Shown here piece by piece: positions 1 through 9,954 of a DNA stretch of 36,012 nt. This DNA comes from Prasinococcaceae sp. CCMP 1430 (taxonomy: Eukaryota > Plantae > Prasinodermophyta). The position numbers were made by a program, and so were the translations under genes. Below the pieces are notes generated by a model. That model had not been told where the DNA came from. It did not search any database and saw only the letters and a program-made list of their open reading frames with translations. The DNA lies in assembly GCA_013416795.1 (NCBI GenBank), contig RQSC01000678.1, positions 1 through 36,012 of the forward strand, read 5' to 3'. Every line of letters begins with the position of its first letter. Position 1 is the stretch's first letter.

Positions 1-103
1 GGCGCGCCCGCCGCGCGCGGCCGCGTGTGGAGCGAGGGACAGGAAGAAGAGGGGGAGGGCGGAGGGAGGGAGCAGCGTGTGCGGCGGGCGGGCGGTGGAG
101 GCG

Positions 104-1894
104 ATGGGCGGCGGGGGCGGCGGCGGCGGCGGCGCGGGGGGCGAAGACGGTGACGGGGCGTTTGCACTCCTCTCCACGTACGGCGCGGATGGAGGTGCGG
201 ACAACTTTGCTTCCGGCGGGGTCGGCGACGCGGGGGAGCAGAGATCTGCAGCGGCTGCGAAGCGCAAGCGGCGCAGAGATGCCAAGCGCGCGCAGCAGCA
301 ACGCGAGCAGCAGCAGCGCCGGCAGCGGCAGCAGCAGCAGCAGGAGCAGCAGCAGCAACGGCAGCTGGTCGGCGACCTCGCACCAGATGTTGCTCAGCGC
401 AGCATGGCCATGGGCAGTGTCGGTGGGGGGCGGTGCAGCGGGGGGAGCGATGGCAGCCCGACGTCGTCGACGTCTTCGCCGACGCACGGTGACGGCGGAG
501 AGATGGGCGGCATGCGGTCCGGCGCTGGCGGTGCGCGCAACCGGCTTCAACGCGCGTCGACAATTGCTGGTGCGCACGTGCTGCTGGCGCAGCGCTCGCT
601 GATGGACTACGTGGCGTCGCAGCTGGGTTATGGCTCGCTGCCGCCAAAGGACACTGGCCTGCGCGAGCGCAAGACTATCTACGACACTGTCATCGGCATC
701 CCGCTGCGGCTCGAGCAGCTCATCTTTTTCACGTGCTTGCGCCTGCTCGATAGCTTCCTGGAGCTCTTCACGGTGCTGCCGCTGCGCCTCGCGCTGCGAT
801 CCATGCAGTCGCCCACATCGTGGACCAAGAGCGGCGTGCACCCCGCGCAGATTTTCGACGCCCTCAATGCCAGCATCGTTGCTATGACGACGGTCACTCT
901 CTACTACGCCGACGTGAGCTACCTCTACCACTTCATCCGCGGCCAGGAACTGCTCAAAGTGTATGTTGTCTTCGTCATGCTTGAGACCTTCGACAGGTTG
1001 CTCACGTCATTCGGGTCAGACGCGATGCTGGCCATGCACCTGCGCACCATGGAGGTGGCCACGCCGCACAAAGGCGTCACTGAGTACGCGCGCACGCTCA
1101 GCCTGCTGCTGCTGGACTTCTCTTTCGCCTTCGGAGCGTGCATATTGCACAGCTTCACGCTCTTCGCGCAGGCCATCGCGCTCAACGTCACCATGAACAG
1201 TGGCTCCAACGCTCTGCTCACCATGGTGATCTCTAATAACTTTGGCGAGATCAAGTCATTCGTTTTCAAGAACTACGACGAGAGGAAGCTCTTTCCAATC
1301 GCCGTCGGCGATGCCGTGGAGCGATTTCACAAGTTCGTGGCTCTGCTGTGGGTGCTCACCGAGACGTACCGCACTCGCTCGCTCGAGGACGACGACGGTA
1401 TCATCACGTACGAGTGGGTGCCGCTCTTCGTGCGCACAATTGCGGTGGTGTTTTTGATCGAGGTGCTGTGTGATGTGATCAAGCATGCCTTTCTTTCGAA
1501 GTTCAATGGCATCAAGCCGAAGGTCTACCGCAGCTTCCTCACGCTCGTGTGCAAGCAGACGGTGAATCCGCACAACCAGCTCATATACTCGCACCTGAAG
1601 TTCCTGCCGCAAGTGAGCGCGGCGCTCTTTTTGCGCGCGGTGGGACACCTCGTATCGGATGGGAGGCTGCTCGGGACGAGCTTGCAGTACAGATTCATTG
1701 AATACGTAGCGGGCTTTCTGGTGCTGGTGGGTGCCAAGCTGGCGCTGGGGTGGCTCCTCGTGGTGCACGCGCAGTGGGTTGTTGCGAGGGACGCGGGAGT
1801 CGCGCAGTCTGACGCGCACTCGCTCGAGTCGTCGCCTACCAAGGTGACGCAGGGCAGCGAAGTCAAGGAGGGGGCGCGCGCGCACGCCGACTGA
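104..1894 (+). CDS. TAPT1: TAPT1/POD1/Emp65 (DUF747) family ER multi-pass membrane protein with N-terminal poly-G and poly-Q tracts; apparently single exon
   Basis: Long ORF (first ATG at 104) with family-typical segments KVYVVFVMLETFDRLLTSFGSD, LNVTMNSGSNALLTMVISNNFGEIKSFVFK, DAVERFH and EVLCDVIKHAFLSKFNGIKPKVY, plus several hydrophobic helices. TGA at 1892-1894. Confidence 0.88.
   Translation: MGGGGGGGGGAGGEDGDGAFALLSTYGADGGADNFASGGVGDAGEQRSAAAAKRKRRRDAKRAQQQREQQQRRQRQQQQQEQQQQRQLVGDLAPDVAQRSMAMGSVGGGRCSGGSDGSPTSSTSSPTHGDGGEMGGMRSGAGGARNRLQRASTIAGAHVLLAQRSLMDYVASQLGYGSLPPKDTGLRERKTIYDTVIGIPLRLEQLIFFTCLRLLDSFLELFTVLPLRLALRSMQSPTSWTKSGVHPAQIFDALNASIVAMTTVTLYYADVSYLYHFIRGQELLKVYVVFVMLETFDRLLTSFGSDAMLAMHLRTMEVATPHKGVTEYARTLSLLLLDFSFAFGACILHSFTLFAQAIALNVTMNSGSNALLTMVISNNFGEIKSFVFKNYDERKLFPIAVGDAVERFHKFVALLWVLTETYRTRSLEDDDGIITYEWVPLFVRTIAVVFLIEVLCDVIKHAFLSKFNGIKPKVYRSFLTLVCKQTVNPHNQLIYSHLKFLPQVSAALFLRAVGHLVSDGRLLGTSLQYRFIEYVAGFLVLVGAKLALGWLLVVHAQWVVARDAGVAQSDAHSLESSPTKVTQGSEVKEGARAHAD
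289..362 (+). repeat. CAG-rich coding tract encoding poly-Q/R/E (QQQREQQQRRQRQQQQQEQQQQRQ)
   Basis: Imperfect (CAG)n run visible in frame in the TAPT1-like ORF. Confidence 0.85.
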
Positions 1895-2119
1895 GCAGCA
1901 CGCGCGCGCGCAGCGGACGCGGCATGTGTCCGCCCGTCTCTTCGTCATGTATTGCTACTTTGTACTGTTACTCAGCGACGAGCATCACCCGCGCGACCGC
2001 GCGTATTTGTATTTCTCGCATCTTGCGGCGCGCACTCCGAGCTCGTGCGCGCATGCGAGACCCCGCCGTCCCGACCAGCCACGCCTTGCCGTCAGCCATC
2101 GGCTCGAGGCAGTCGCAGT

Positions 2120-3268
2120 TTAGTAGGCAGTCTGCCCAAAGAAGTAGCTGACCTCGAGTTCACCGTCTTCGGGAAGGTCCGTGCAATGCACCGCGGCCTT
2201 GACCTTGTCCACCCCAAACTGTGCGCGGAGCGACTCCGGCCGCAGCACTCGCGCGATCTCGGGGTCAGGCGGGCCGCACAGCTCGCGCAGCGCCTGCACG
2301 GAGTTGTCGGCACCACCCCCCGGCGCCAGCAGCTGCATGGCCACGAGCGGGCCGCTGGTGAGTTCTTCCACCTGTGCGTTGTACTCAGGCACCACGCCGC
2401 GGTACACCTCGAGGAATTCGGCCGCGTTGGCTGTGTCGATGTTGAAGAGCTCCATCCCCGCCACCCCGAAGCCCCTCTCCATGACCTTGGTCATTATCGA
2501 CCCCAACGAGTGGTCCTGCAGCGCATGAGGCCTCACGGCGAGCAGGCTCGCGCCTGCCATGCACGGAAGCGAGCCCTTCTTCGGCCCTGTGCCGAAGAAG
2601 AAAGCACACTCACGCGCGGCGGACTCGGGTGCATCCGAGCCGTGCACAGCGTTGAATGAACCGTCCGTGCCGAAGCGCGCGCGGAGCGAGCTCGGCGCCT
2701 CGGCGCGCGCCGTCTCCGAGTTGGTGGGGCCGATGAGCTTGCGCCAGGCGGCGATGCCACCGTCGCGCACCAGCTGCATGGCGATGACCGGGCCCGAGCT
2801 AATGAAGCTCGTCAGTTTGTCGTAGAAGGCCTTGCCGCGGTGCTCCTCGTAGAACTCCTCGGCGTCGTGCTTGGACAGCAAGCACATGCGCAATTTGGCG
2901 ATGATGAAGCCGTCATCTTGCACAGCCTTGAGGATCTCACCCGCGTTCTTGAATGCGTCGGGCTTGATCATCGCGAGCGTGGTCTCCTTGCGGCTTTGGA
3001 GGCGCGAGCGCGTGAATTCGTCGGCGTAGTCGACAACCGTCAGCTGACGCGAGTACACCGTGACGATGCTGCCCACGTAGAGGTGCTCAGGACGGACGCT
3101 GGGGTACGGACAGCGCTTCAGGAAGGTGCGCTTGTTCTTCATGTCGTACATCTCCAGGGTGTTGTCCGCGAGGTAGTACATGAGCATGTACTGCCACACG
3201 ATGCCTTGGCTCGGGTCTGGGACCGTCACAATGAATGCATAGCGCTCGCCTGACGACTGCAGTGTCAA
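2120..3268 (-). CDS. NME7: Nucleoside diphosphate kinase 7 (DM10 domain + two NDK domains; ciliary/centriolar, FAP67-type); true start exon uncertain
   Basis: N-terminal ERYAFIV...YYLADNTLEMYDMKNKRTFLKRCPY (DM10), NDK-A TLAMIKPDA...FISSGPVIAMQL...RARFGTDGSFNAVHGSD, NDK-B ...NVHCTDLPEDGELEVSYFF-type end (AAVHCTDLPEDGELEVSYFF). The ORF begins at TTG, so a short upstream exon is likely. One in-frame option is ATG 3629-3617 with a GT..AG intron at 3616-3250. Confidence 0.92.
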   Translation of the reverse strand: MTLQSSGERYAFIVTVPDPSQGIVWQYMLMYYLADNTLEMYDMKNKRTFLKRCPYPSVRPEHLYVGSIVTVYSRQLTVVDYADEFTRSRLQSRKETTLAMIKPDAFKNAGEILKAVQDDGFIIAKLRMCLLSKHDAEEFYEEHRGKAFYDKLTSFISSGPVIAMQLVRDGGIAAWRKLIGPTNSETARAEAPSSLRARFGTDGSFNAVHGSDAPESAARECAFFFGTGPKKGSLPCMAGASLLAVRPHALQDHSLGSIMTKVMERGFGVAGMELFNIDTANAAEFLEVYRGVVPEYNAQVEELTSGPLVAMQLLAPGGGADNSVQALRELCGPPDPEIARVLRPESLRAQFGVDKVKAAVHCTDLPEDGELEVSYFFGQTAY

Positions 3269-4858
3269 ATCGCGCAGCGTGCACGCCGCGGGGTGATGGC
3301 GATGGGTGGCGCATGCGCGCGAGAACAGTTTTTGTCAGCACACGCCACCGAGGGCACGCTGCAGGCATGCATACGCGCGATGCTTCGTGCTCGGTAGCTC
3401 CCTACGGCCTCACGACCGCTCGCTTGTGCGGCAGTGTGCGGCTCTGTCCTGGGCGCCAGCAAAAAGGACCGCGTGCCTCCTGCGCCATTTCCGCACAGGG
3501 CGCTTGCGCGGACGCGTCGCCTGCCCTAATCGTCGCGCCGCTCTCGCGCACCGCCTCGCCCTGCTTCGCAGCGAGGCGCGTATGCGCCGCGCGCTGCTGC
3601 GTGGCCTGCTGCGCACTTCTCCCGAGCATTTTTTGGGCTTTTCCTCTTGGAAAACATGCAGTGCGTTGGCGCGCGAGCGTCACTCCCGCGCGCGCTCGGC
3701 AGCAAATGCGCGCCCCCCGCCCATTCGCGCGCGCCCGCCCACGGGAGGTCACTGAAGCGCGACGCACGCGGCCGCTCGGTATCCGTCCGCCGAATGAGGT
3801 GGCAGACAGACGCGCGGGCGAGTCACCCTCCTCCGCACCCCTTCGCGCGCGCGCGCGCGCGCGAGCTCCCAGTTCATAATTTTTCCCCCACTTTCCCCCG
3901 TGTGCGACCGGCGTTCCCTTGCTGCCAGCGCGCACATCCAGGCCTCCCTCGGGCAGGCGCAACGCGCGGCGTGCGCGCGGGCACGAGCTCGCCCCATCCG
4001 CCCCCACCCCACCCCACCCACCCCCTTTGCACCTGCGCCGAGCGCACCCCGCGCGCGCGCACCATGGTCGCTCGCGGGGCACCGGCCCCCGCCCGACGCG
4101 CGCCCAGTGGCGCGCGGGCGCGCGCCCCCGCTCGGGGAACCGCCGCTCCGCTCCCACCAAACGCACGCAAAATCATATTCGCAAAAGCGACAGAGCAGAG
4201 CAAGCCTGCATTTGGAACAGGTGCGCCAGCAGCACCCCCGACCGAACGGCTCTGGCTGGGGTCAAAGTCAGAACTCCGCGCGCACGCGCCTGCCTGTGCT
4301 GTAGGCACGCCACCCTCGGGCAGCTGAGGTCCTTCAGAGTAGTGCACGCGCACGACGAGCGGGTCAACCACAGGATGACTCGAACTGACCGGGTGCGCAA
4401 TGGGGGATGTACAGGACGTACCAGCCAACCAGTCGCGCCTGACCCACGGGCGGGTCCAAAAGCGGCGCGCGCGCGCTGCGGCCGGGGAACTGGTGCGGTG
4501 CCCCGGCCGGGTCGCCGAATGCACCTTGTGATGAGGCGCGGCCGGCGCGCGCTCCACATGCGCACGAGGCACCGGCGGTGCCCCGGAGTCAAAGCGGGCC
4601 TCGCCGTCTGCAGGGGGTCCTGCCTGTTCTGGCTCGACTTGACTGCAGGGGCGCTGGCTGCTGCCCGGCGCTGGGCGCGGGGTGTCTCGAGGCACACTCG
4701 CACGCGGCCAGCCAGGGCGGGGTGGGTGTGGGAAGCAGGTGGGTGGGAGGGCTGGAGGTGGAGGACGGGAGTTAGCTCTGCGCGTGCTCGTGCGCCAGAG
4801 TTGGGGCGCACGCGCGCGCACGCGAGTGGGCCGCGCGCTGCGCGCCGCGCGCGCCATC

Positions 4859-5618
4859 ATGGCGTCGCGCGACGCAGAACAGAACGTAACACTCGCCACG
4901 GACGCGACGTCGTACCTCGAGGAGAAGGGCATTGACGCGCTCTTGAAGTCCCTGCTGAGCGAGGTGATGAAGAACCGTCCGGCGGATCCGCTCCAGTTCA
5001 TGATCGACTCGCTATCGATGGACCCGCTCCACGCGCGACAGGACGTCAACGGACTGAGCCAGTACCGCGCGAACAAGTTGCGCAAGGTCTTCTCATCGCT
5101 CGACAAGGATGGCAGCGGTGCGATCGACTTCAAGGAGATCTCATCGCACGCAAACCGATATGGCGGCACCGCGTTGAGAGAGGACGACCTGCGCGAGGGT
5201 GAGACTCGCGCACGCACGCGCGCCATCTCTGCCGACAGCCGCCCGCGTGAGCACGCGAGCGCATCAGGCATCGCGCACAAGATGGAGACACCATCTTGTG
5301 CTTGCGACCGGCACGCGCTCATCGAGGGCCGCGCGCGCGGCCTTGACACAACCCTGTTCGCGAATACATCGTGCGCTCGAGCACGCGTGCACGTCTCTGC
5401 GAGACTGACCCACTCGGAAACCTCCCATGATTTGCGCCACACCGCGCTTCCCTCCCTGTCTGCACGGTCGCGCTGCAGTCTTCCGCGACTTTGACACGGA
5501 CGGCAACAACAAGATCACATCTGACGAGTTCCTCGCGTTCTTTGCAAAGGCCGTCAAGAGCGCATCCAACGCGGAGTTCGACATCATGATCTCGGAGATG
5601 CTCCCGGCGACGGAGTAA
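4859..5618 (+). CDS. RIIa/Dpy-30-type docking/dimerisation motif + two EF-hands (159 aa); exons 4859-5198 and 5479-5618
   Basis: YLEEKGIDALLKSLLSEVMKNRPADPLQFMIDSL fits the RIIa/Dpy-30 pattern. EF loops are DKDGSGAIDFKE and DTDGNNKITSDE. The GT(5199)..AG(5478) intron joins in frame (480 nt CDS). TAA at 5616-5618. Confidence 0.85.
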
Positions 5619-5765
5619 AGGGCTCGGGGGTTGCACCCGCGCACGCATGGCGCCCCATGAGCTACCCCCCTCCCTCTTCGCAGCGCATGCTGCGTGTAGC
5701 ATACAAACCAGATTTTCTGAATAGCACGCGCGATCGCGTGGCGCCAGGTAGGCTACAGGTGTTCA

Positions 5766-8642
5766 TCACCACGGCGTAGAGATCTCCTCAGTTGTCCACG
5801 CAGAGGAAGGCGAGTTGCTGCGCGCCGCAGCCCGTGCCCCAGTCGTCGCGGGCGTGCCGGCAACGGAGCGCGCCTCGGTCGGGTCGGCCAGATTCGCGAG
5901 CTGCGAGGTACTCTCTGCACCTGCATGTGCGGGTGACTTCAACGACCTGCGCAGCAAAAAGGGCACTACCGACGACGCTGGCGACTCAGCGGGCGTCAGA
6001 ATTCGCTCCTTCGCCGCCTGTGGTTTTCGCCGTTCCGCTTTCTTGACGGCGCCGACGAGCGCGTCGCGAGTTACGCGGCCCTTGCCCTTCGAGTCCAGCT
6101 TTCGGCGCACATCCTCCACAAGCAGCCTGCGCTCGTAGGAGTCAAGCGCGGGCATGGCATCCGCGACGAGCCTGTTGAGCTCTTTCAATCCCACGGTGAT
6201 GTGGCCCACACCGAACGAGGAAAACACGCGGTGAAACATCTCCGTCTCGGGGCCCTTTCGGATGTGCGTCGCGAAGCGCCGCAAGACATCGTCCGCGGTC
6301 ACGCGCTCAGATGCCTCGTCGGCGAATCCCACCGCGCGACGCTCCTCTAGCGCGCGACTGAGCTCAGTGTAGCTCACACCACCATTGCCGTCGATGTCAC
6401 AAAGCACGTAGAACGTGCGCGCCTGCGCTGCGGTCGCGCCAGGAAGCAAAAATCGCACCATGTCATGCATCTCGTGGCCGTTGAGGCGACCGTCGCGGTC
6501 CTTGTCGAATTGGCGGAAGACTTCCACTACGCGCCATCCCTTGGAGACTGCACACATGTCCAGCCGCCAGAAGATGTCCTGCAGGGCGGTGCGCGCCAAA
6601 GCCTCGCCAGAGGCCCTGCGCGAGGCCCCTCTCTTGCGCAGGGGCGATTTGTACGGCGAGCTGAAGCCGCCCGGGCTGTCGAAGAGGCGCGCGGATGTCG
6701 CGCGCAAGGGCGAGCGTCGCTCTCGCGGGCCGAGCACATCACGCGCCGTGCGTGCGGACGCAGGAACCAATGCCGTCTCCAAGGGTGGCCTTGTTCGTCG
6801 CCGTGGCGACACGGTCTTAGCGCCGCTGACACCCTCGACGACACGTCGGCGCCTGGTCTTGCCGCTGCTCGGAGGTGTCTGCGTCGACGTGTCCTGGGGA
6901 GGCGAATGCACTGTGGTATGATCCTCAGTTCGCGCCTGGGCGGGCGGCTCAGGTGTGAAGAATCCCGGCGAGGAATCTGGCATCAAAGCAGCCGTGCTTG
7001 CAGCCGGAGAGTAGCTACCTCTTCTGGGAGACTGGCCGGCGTCGGGGTGCGCACCAGGCCGGTTCTCCACAGTAGCTTTGGAAGGGGACTCCCCCGTCGA
7101 CCTGTCGACGACTGACCCTGCAGGGGTGTCCCCTGGGGTGGGCGACAGCACGCTCGCATGCCGTGGGGCCTGTTTCGTAGCCTCGTCAGCGCGGGTGCTG
7201 GCTTCGAACAACGCGCTTGACCTCTGCACCTTGAGCAGCTGCGCCTGAAGGACCGACAGCATCGCCTCCTGCGCTCCCGGCGATGTCACAGGCGCCGGGG
7301 CTTTGGTTGCACTTGCAGCCTCGCGAGCATCAACACTCTGCACGCTTGCAGGCTTCGACGTTCTATCTTGCGACGACTTCGAACGCGAGCGCGACGCCTC
7401 TTTGCTCTCAGCGACAGTCTCGATGCGTTCCACAAAACGGGAGACGCGGCCCTGGAGCTGAGAGAGCCGAGCATGCAACGCGTTGAATGCGCGTCGCTTG
7501 TTCGGCAGTGCCATCGTGTTCGCCTGTCGCACCTGAATCTGAGTCCCCCGTGCATGCAATTCCTTGTCCTCCTGCTGCTGCTCCCCACCTACCACCATGC
7601 TACGGCACTGACTTGCCACGAGCGAGAGCTCGCTCATCATTGCAGGCACAGAATCAGCACTGCGTTGCGATACAGCAGGTCGAGCTCCTGCAGGTCCCGG
7701 TGAAACTGAGAGAGGCGAGGTGACTGCGCTGGAGTCTGCCCCGACTGATGCGCGCCACGCGACAGCTGCAGCGTGCTCGTCGTTCTGCCGCTTTGACTTT
7801 GCTCGCTCCCTTCCGTACGCCGCTTTCAGGTGGCGATTTTGCTGCTCCAAAAGCGTCATGCGCGCCTCCCGCTCGCGCATTGCGCGCTCCATTTGGGACC
7901 GAAAGAGTCTTCCAACGGGGCCATTTGGGCTGCCTGGAGGGCGAACAGTGGGTGCTGGCGGGCGCTCTGCTTTGCCATCTGTATGTAATTGCTCCTCCGC
8001 TTTCTTCGCTAGCTGGGCTTGGCCATCTCGTCGCCGACCGTCAGGGCGTGCCTCATTCTCTTCGTGCGATGAGCTTTCTGCCTGCTGCTGAGCCTCGTGG
8101 CGGCGCCCTGCATCGGCCTCTGGCGTTGGAAATGGATCCTGCATCGATGCCTCGACGGAGTTCGAGGTGGCGGCTGCGCTCGGGCTGTCAGTGCTGCACA
8201 ATGCCTTGGTCGTCGACGATCGCACCGAGTCCGGCAGAGGAAATGGATCGTCCAGCGACGCAAGAGACAACGCAGGCGACGGAAGGGCAAAGGGATCCAC
8301 TGCCAACAGTTGGTCGAGTTCAGCGTTGTGAGCGGCGAGCGCCGCGCGCCTGCGATCGCTTGCTGCGACCATGTCGGTAAGTGAAGAGAATGCGCTTCGG
8401 AGGTCGGCCATCTGTGCCTGGAGGTCCGCGTCCAGTGGCTCTGCAGCCTGTCCGTCGCGGTGCGCGGCGGCCTCCTCCGCGTCCTGTCTCTCGTACTCGG
8501 CGAGCAGCACGCCTATTGTGCCTTGGGTGGAGACCGCGGCGGCCGCCGCAGCCAGCGCAGCCGCCGCCCCGCCCTCGTCGGCGCTGTTTGCATCCTCGCT
8601 TGCCGTGACTGACCCTCTCAGGACATCGTCCTCCACCTCCAT
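5766..8642 (-). CDS. Large, mostly low-complexity/coiled-coil protein with C-terminal EF-hands
   Basis: Uninterrupted ORF from ATG 8642 (MEVEDD). EF loops DKDRDGRLNGHE and DIDGNGGVSYTE, plus a degenerate DSKGKGRVTRDA. Heptad-like stretches such as REREARMTLLEQQNRHLKAAY. Confidence 0.75.
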   Translation of the reverse strand: MEVEDDVLRGSVTASEDANSADEGGAAAALAAAAAAVSTQGTIGVLLAEYERQDAEEAAAHRDGQAAEPLDADLQAQMADLRSAFSSLTDMVAASDRRRAALAAHNAELDQLLAVDPFALPSPALSLASLDDPFPLPDSVRSSTTKALCSTDSPSAAATSNSVEASMQDPFPTPEADAGRRHEAQQQAESSSHEENEARPDGRRRDGQAQLAKKAEEQLHTDGKAERPPAPTVRPPGSPNGPVGRLFRSQMERAMREREARMTLLEQQNRHLKAAYGRERAKSKRQNDEHAAAVAWRASVGADSSAVTSPLSVSPGPAGARPAVSQRSADSVPAMMSELSLVASQCRSMVVGGEQQQEDKELHARGTQIQVRQANTMALPNKRRAFNALHARLSQLQGRVSRFVERIETVAESKEASRSRSKSSQDRTSKPASVQSVDAREAASATKAPAPVTSPGAQEAMLSVLQAQLLKVQRSSALFEASTRADEATKQAPRHASVLSPTPGDTPAGSVVDRSTGESPSKATVENRPGAHPDAGQSPRRGSYSPAASTAALMPDSSPGFFTPEPPAQARTEDHTTVHSPPQDTSTQTPPSSGKTRRRRVVEGVSGAKTVSPRRRTRPPLETALVPASARTARDVLGPRERRSPLRATSARLFDSPGGFSSPYKSPLRKRGASRRASGEALARTALQDIFWRLDMCAVSKGWRVVEVFRQFDKDRDGRLNGHEMHDMVRFLLPGATAAQARTFYVLCDIDGNGGVSYTELSRALEERRAVGFADEASERVTADDVLRRFATHIRKGPETEMFHRVFSSFGVGHITVGLKELNRLVADAMPALDSYERRLLVEDVRRKLDSKGKGRVTRDALVGAVKKAERRKPQAAKERILTPAESPASSVVPFLLRRSLKSPAHAGAESTSQLANLADPTEARSVAGTPATTGARAAARSNSPSSAWTTEEISTPW

Positions 8643-9741
8643 CGCGTGCGGCGCCGGCGCCTCGTTCGCGACACGTCGCAACGCGACGCCACGCGATGGC
8701 GCTGGGCGGGCGGGGAGGGGTGGGTACAGGGATGGCCACGGAGTTTAAGTCTCCGTCGCGCCCCCCTCCCCCCCCTTATCCCACACCTCCCCACGCGCGC
8801 GCCCGCGCCTGCGCTCGTGCGCACTGCCGCCACCCCTGGTGGTCCCTCTTGCCCCCCACCCCCCACCCCCACCCTGCCCTCGCGCCTCACACACGTTTGA
8901 AGCCTCTGCGAGCCCTCCGCGCGCGCTCGCGCTCGCGCTCGTGCGCGCACTCGCGATACCATGCATCCACCAGTTTTTCTTTTTGGTCCTCCGCGCGCAA
9001 AAACCGTTTCAATATGATTTGATGCAGCCTACACCACATCACATCACCCACAAAAAGGAAAAGGAAAAGGACAAAGTTTGTCTCGATTGACCGTTCCACT
9101 TTTCCATGCGCGGTGTCGGCCGGCCCGCCGAGCTCCGGGTGCGTTCTGATGGCGTCGCGCGCGCGCGCGCGCGCGCCGCTGCTAACACCGCGAAACGGCG
9201 CCTCGGCCCATGTGAACGCATGCGCGCAGCCCCGAACGGAGCTGGCGGTGCCGGGCGCGCGGGCGGCGCCCGCGCGCGAAACCGCAACCTCTGACGGACG
9301 GGGCGCAGATGCGAAATGGCCACGCGTGCGCGCATTTACAAACCCTGTACGTGTGAAACCTCAAAGAGCGGGCTGGGCGCCCGCACGCGCGCGCGCGCGC
9401 GCATCGGCCGGGCGCGCCCCAACAGCTCCTTCCTCCTTTTACGGCGATTGGCCCGCGGCGAAGCGCGAAGCGCGGCTTCGTGGAACGCAGGGCGAAGCGC
9501 ACCCGGGAGGGCGCAAGGAAAACGCGGAAGGGGCGCGCGAATACGAAGGTGCGCGAGAAGAGAGCGCCGGGGGGCGCGCGGATGTGCACGCGCGCGGGAC
9601 GGTGGGGGTGCGGGAGGGGGGAGAAAGAGGGGCGGGCGCGCCACACTCTACCCGTCCGACGACGCGGGGAGGGGTGGGGGAAGGCTCGCGCGGAGGCGAG
9701 GGCCTTCGGGCGAGCGGGCGGGGTGGGGGCGGTGAGGGGTA

Positions 9742-9777
<36 letters not shown>
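9742..9777 (+). repeat. 36-nt poly-G run in a G-rich divergent intergenic region
   Basis: Directly visible homopolymer; its length may be an assembly artefact. Confidence 0.8.
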
Positions 9778-9778
<1 letters not shown>

Positions 9779-9954
9779 AGGAGGGTAGACGGGTGGGCAC
9801 TAGTGCTAATACGAGCCGCGCCGGCAGGTGGCAAGGGGAAGGGTGGGGGGAGGAGGGGTGGGGGGTGGGGGCGGAGCGGAGACGAGGCTGAGCGCAGCCG
9901 AGTCACGCAGCTGTTGCAGTAGGCGATTCGAACACGTGAGCTTCACCGCTCGCG

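Noticed and set aside
811-820. USE-like GCCCACATCG
   Set aside because: It lies inside the TAPT1-like coding sequence with no TATA-like box downstream.
4528-4534. C/D snoRNA box C (GTGATGA; also at 24077-24083)
   Set aside because: No suitably placed CTGA D box with a terminal stem was found; the second copy is antisense to its host intron.
4261-4635. RNase P/MRP RNA (GTCAGAA at 4267 could pair with TTCTGGC at 4627)
   Set aside because: The conserved CR-I and CR-V contexts are absent, and a 7-bp pairing with a wobble is expected by chance.
3874-5442. Long antisense or alternative-frame ORFs (e.g. 3874-5442, 18066-19532, 21084-22418, 31037-33706, 32437-33897)
   Set aside because: They are shadows of real genes or of GC-rich intergenic DNA where stop codons are rare. 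They are R/A/P/G-rich with no recognisable motifs, and several run through N-gaps.
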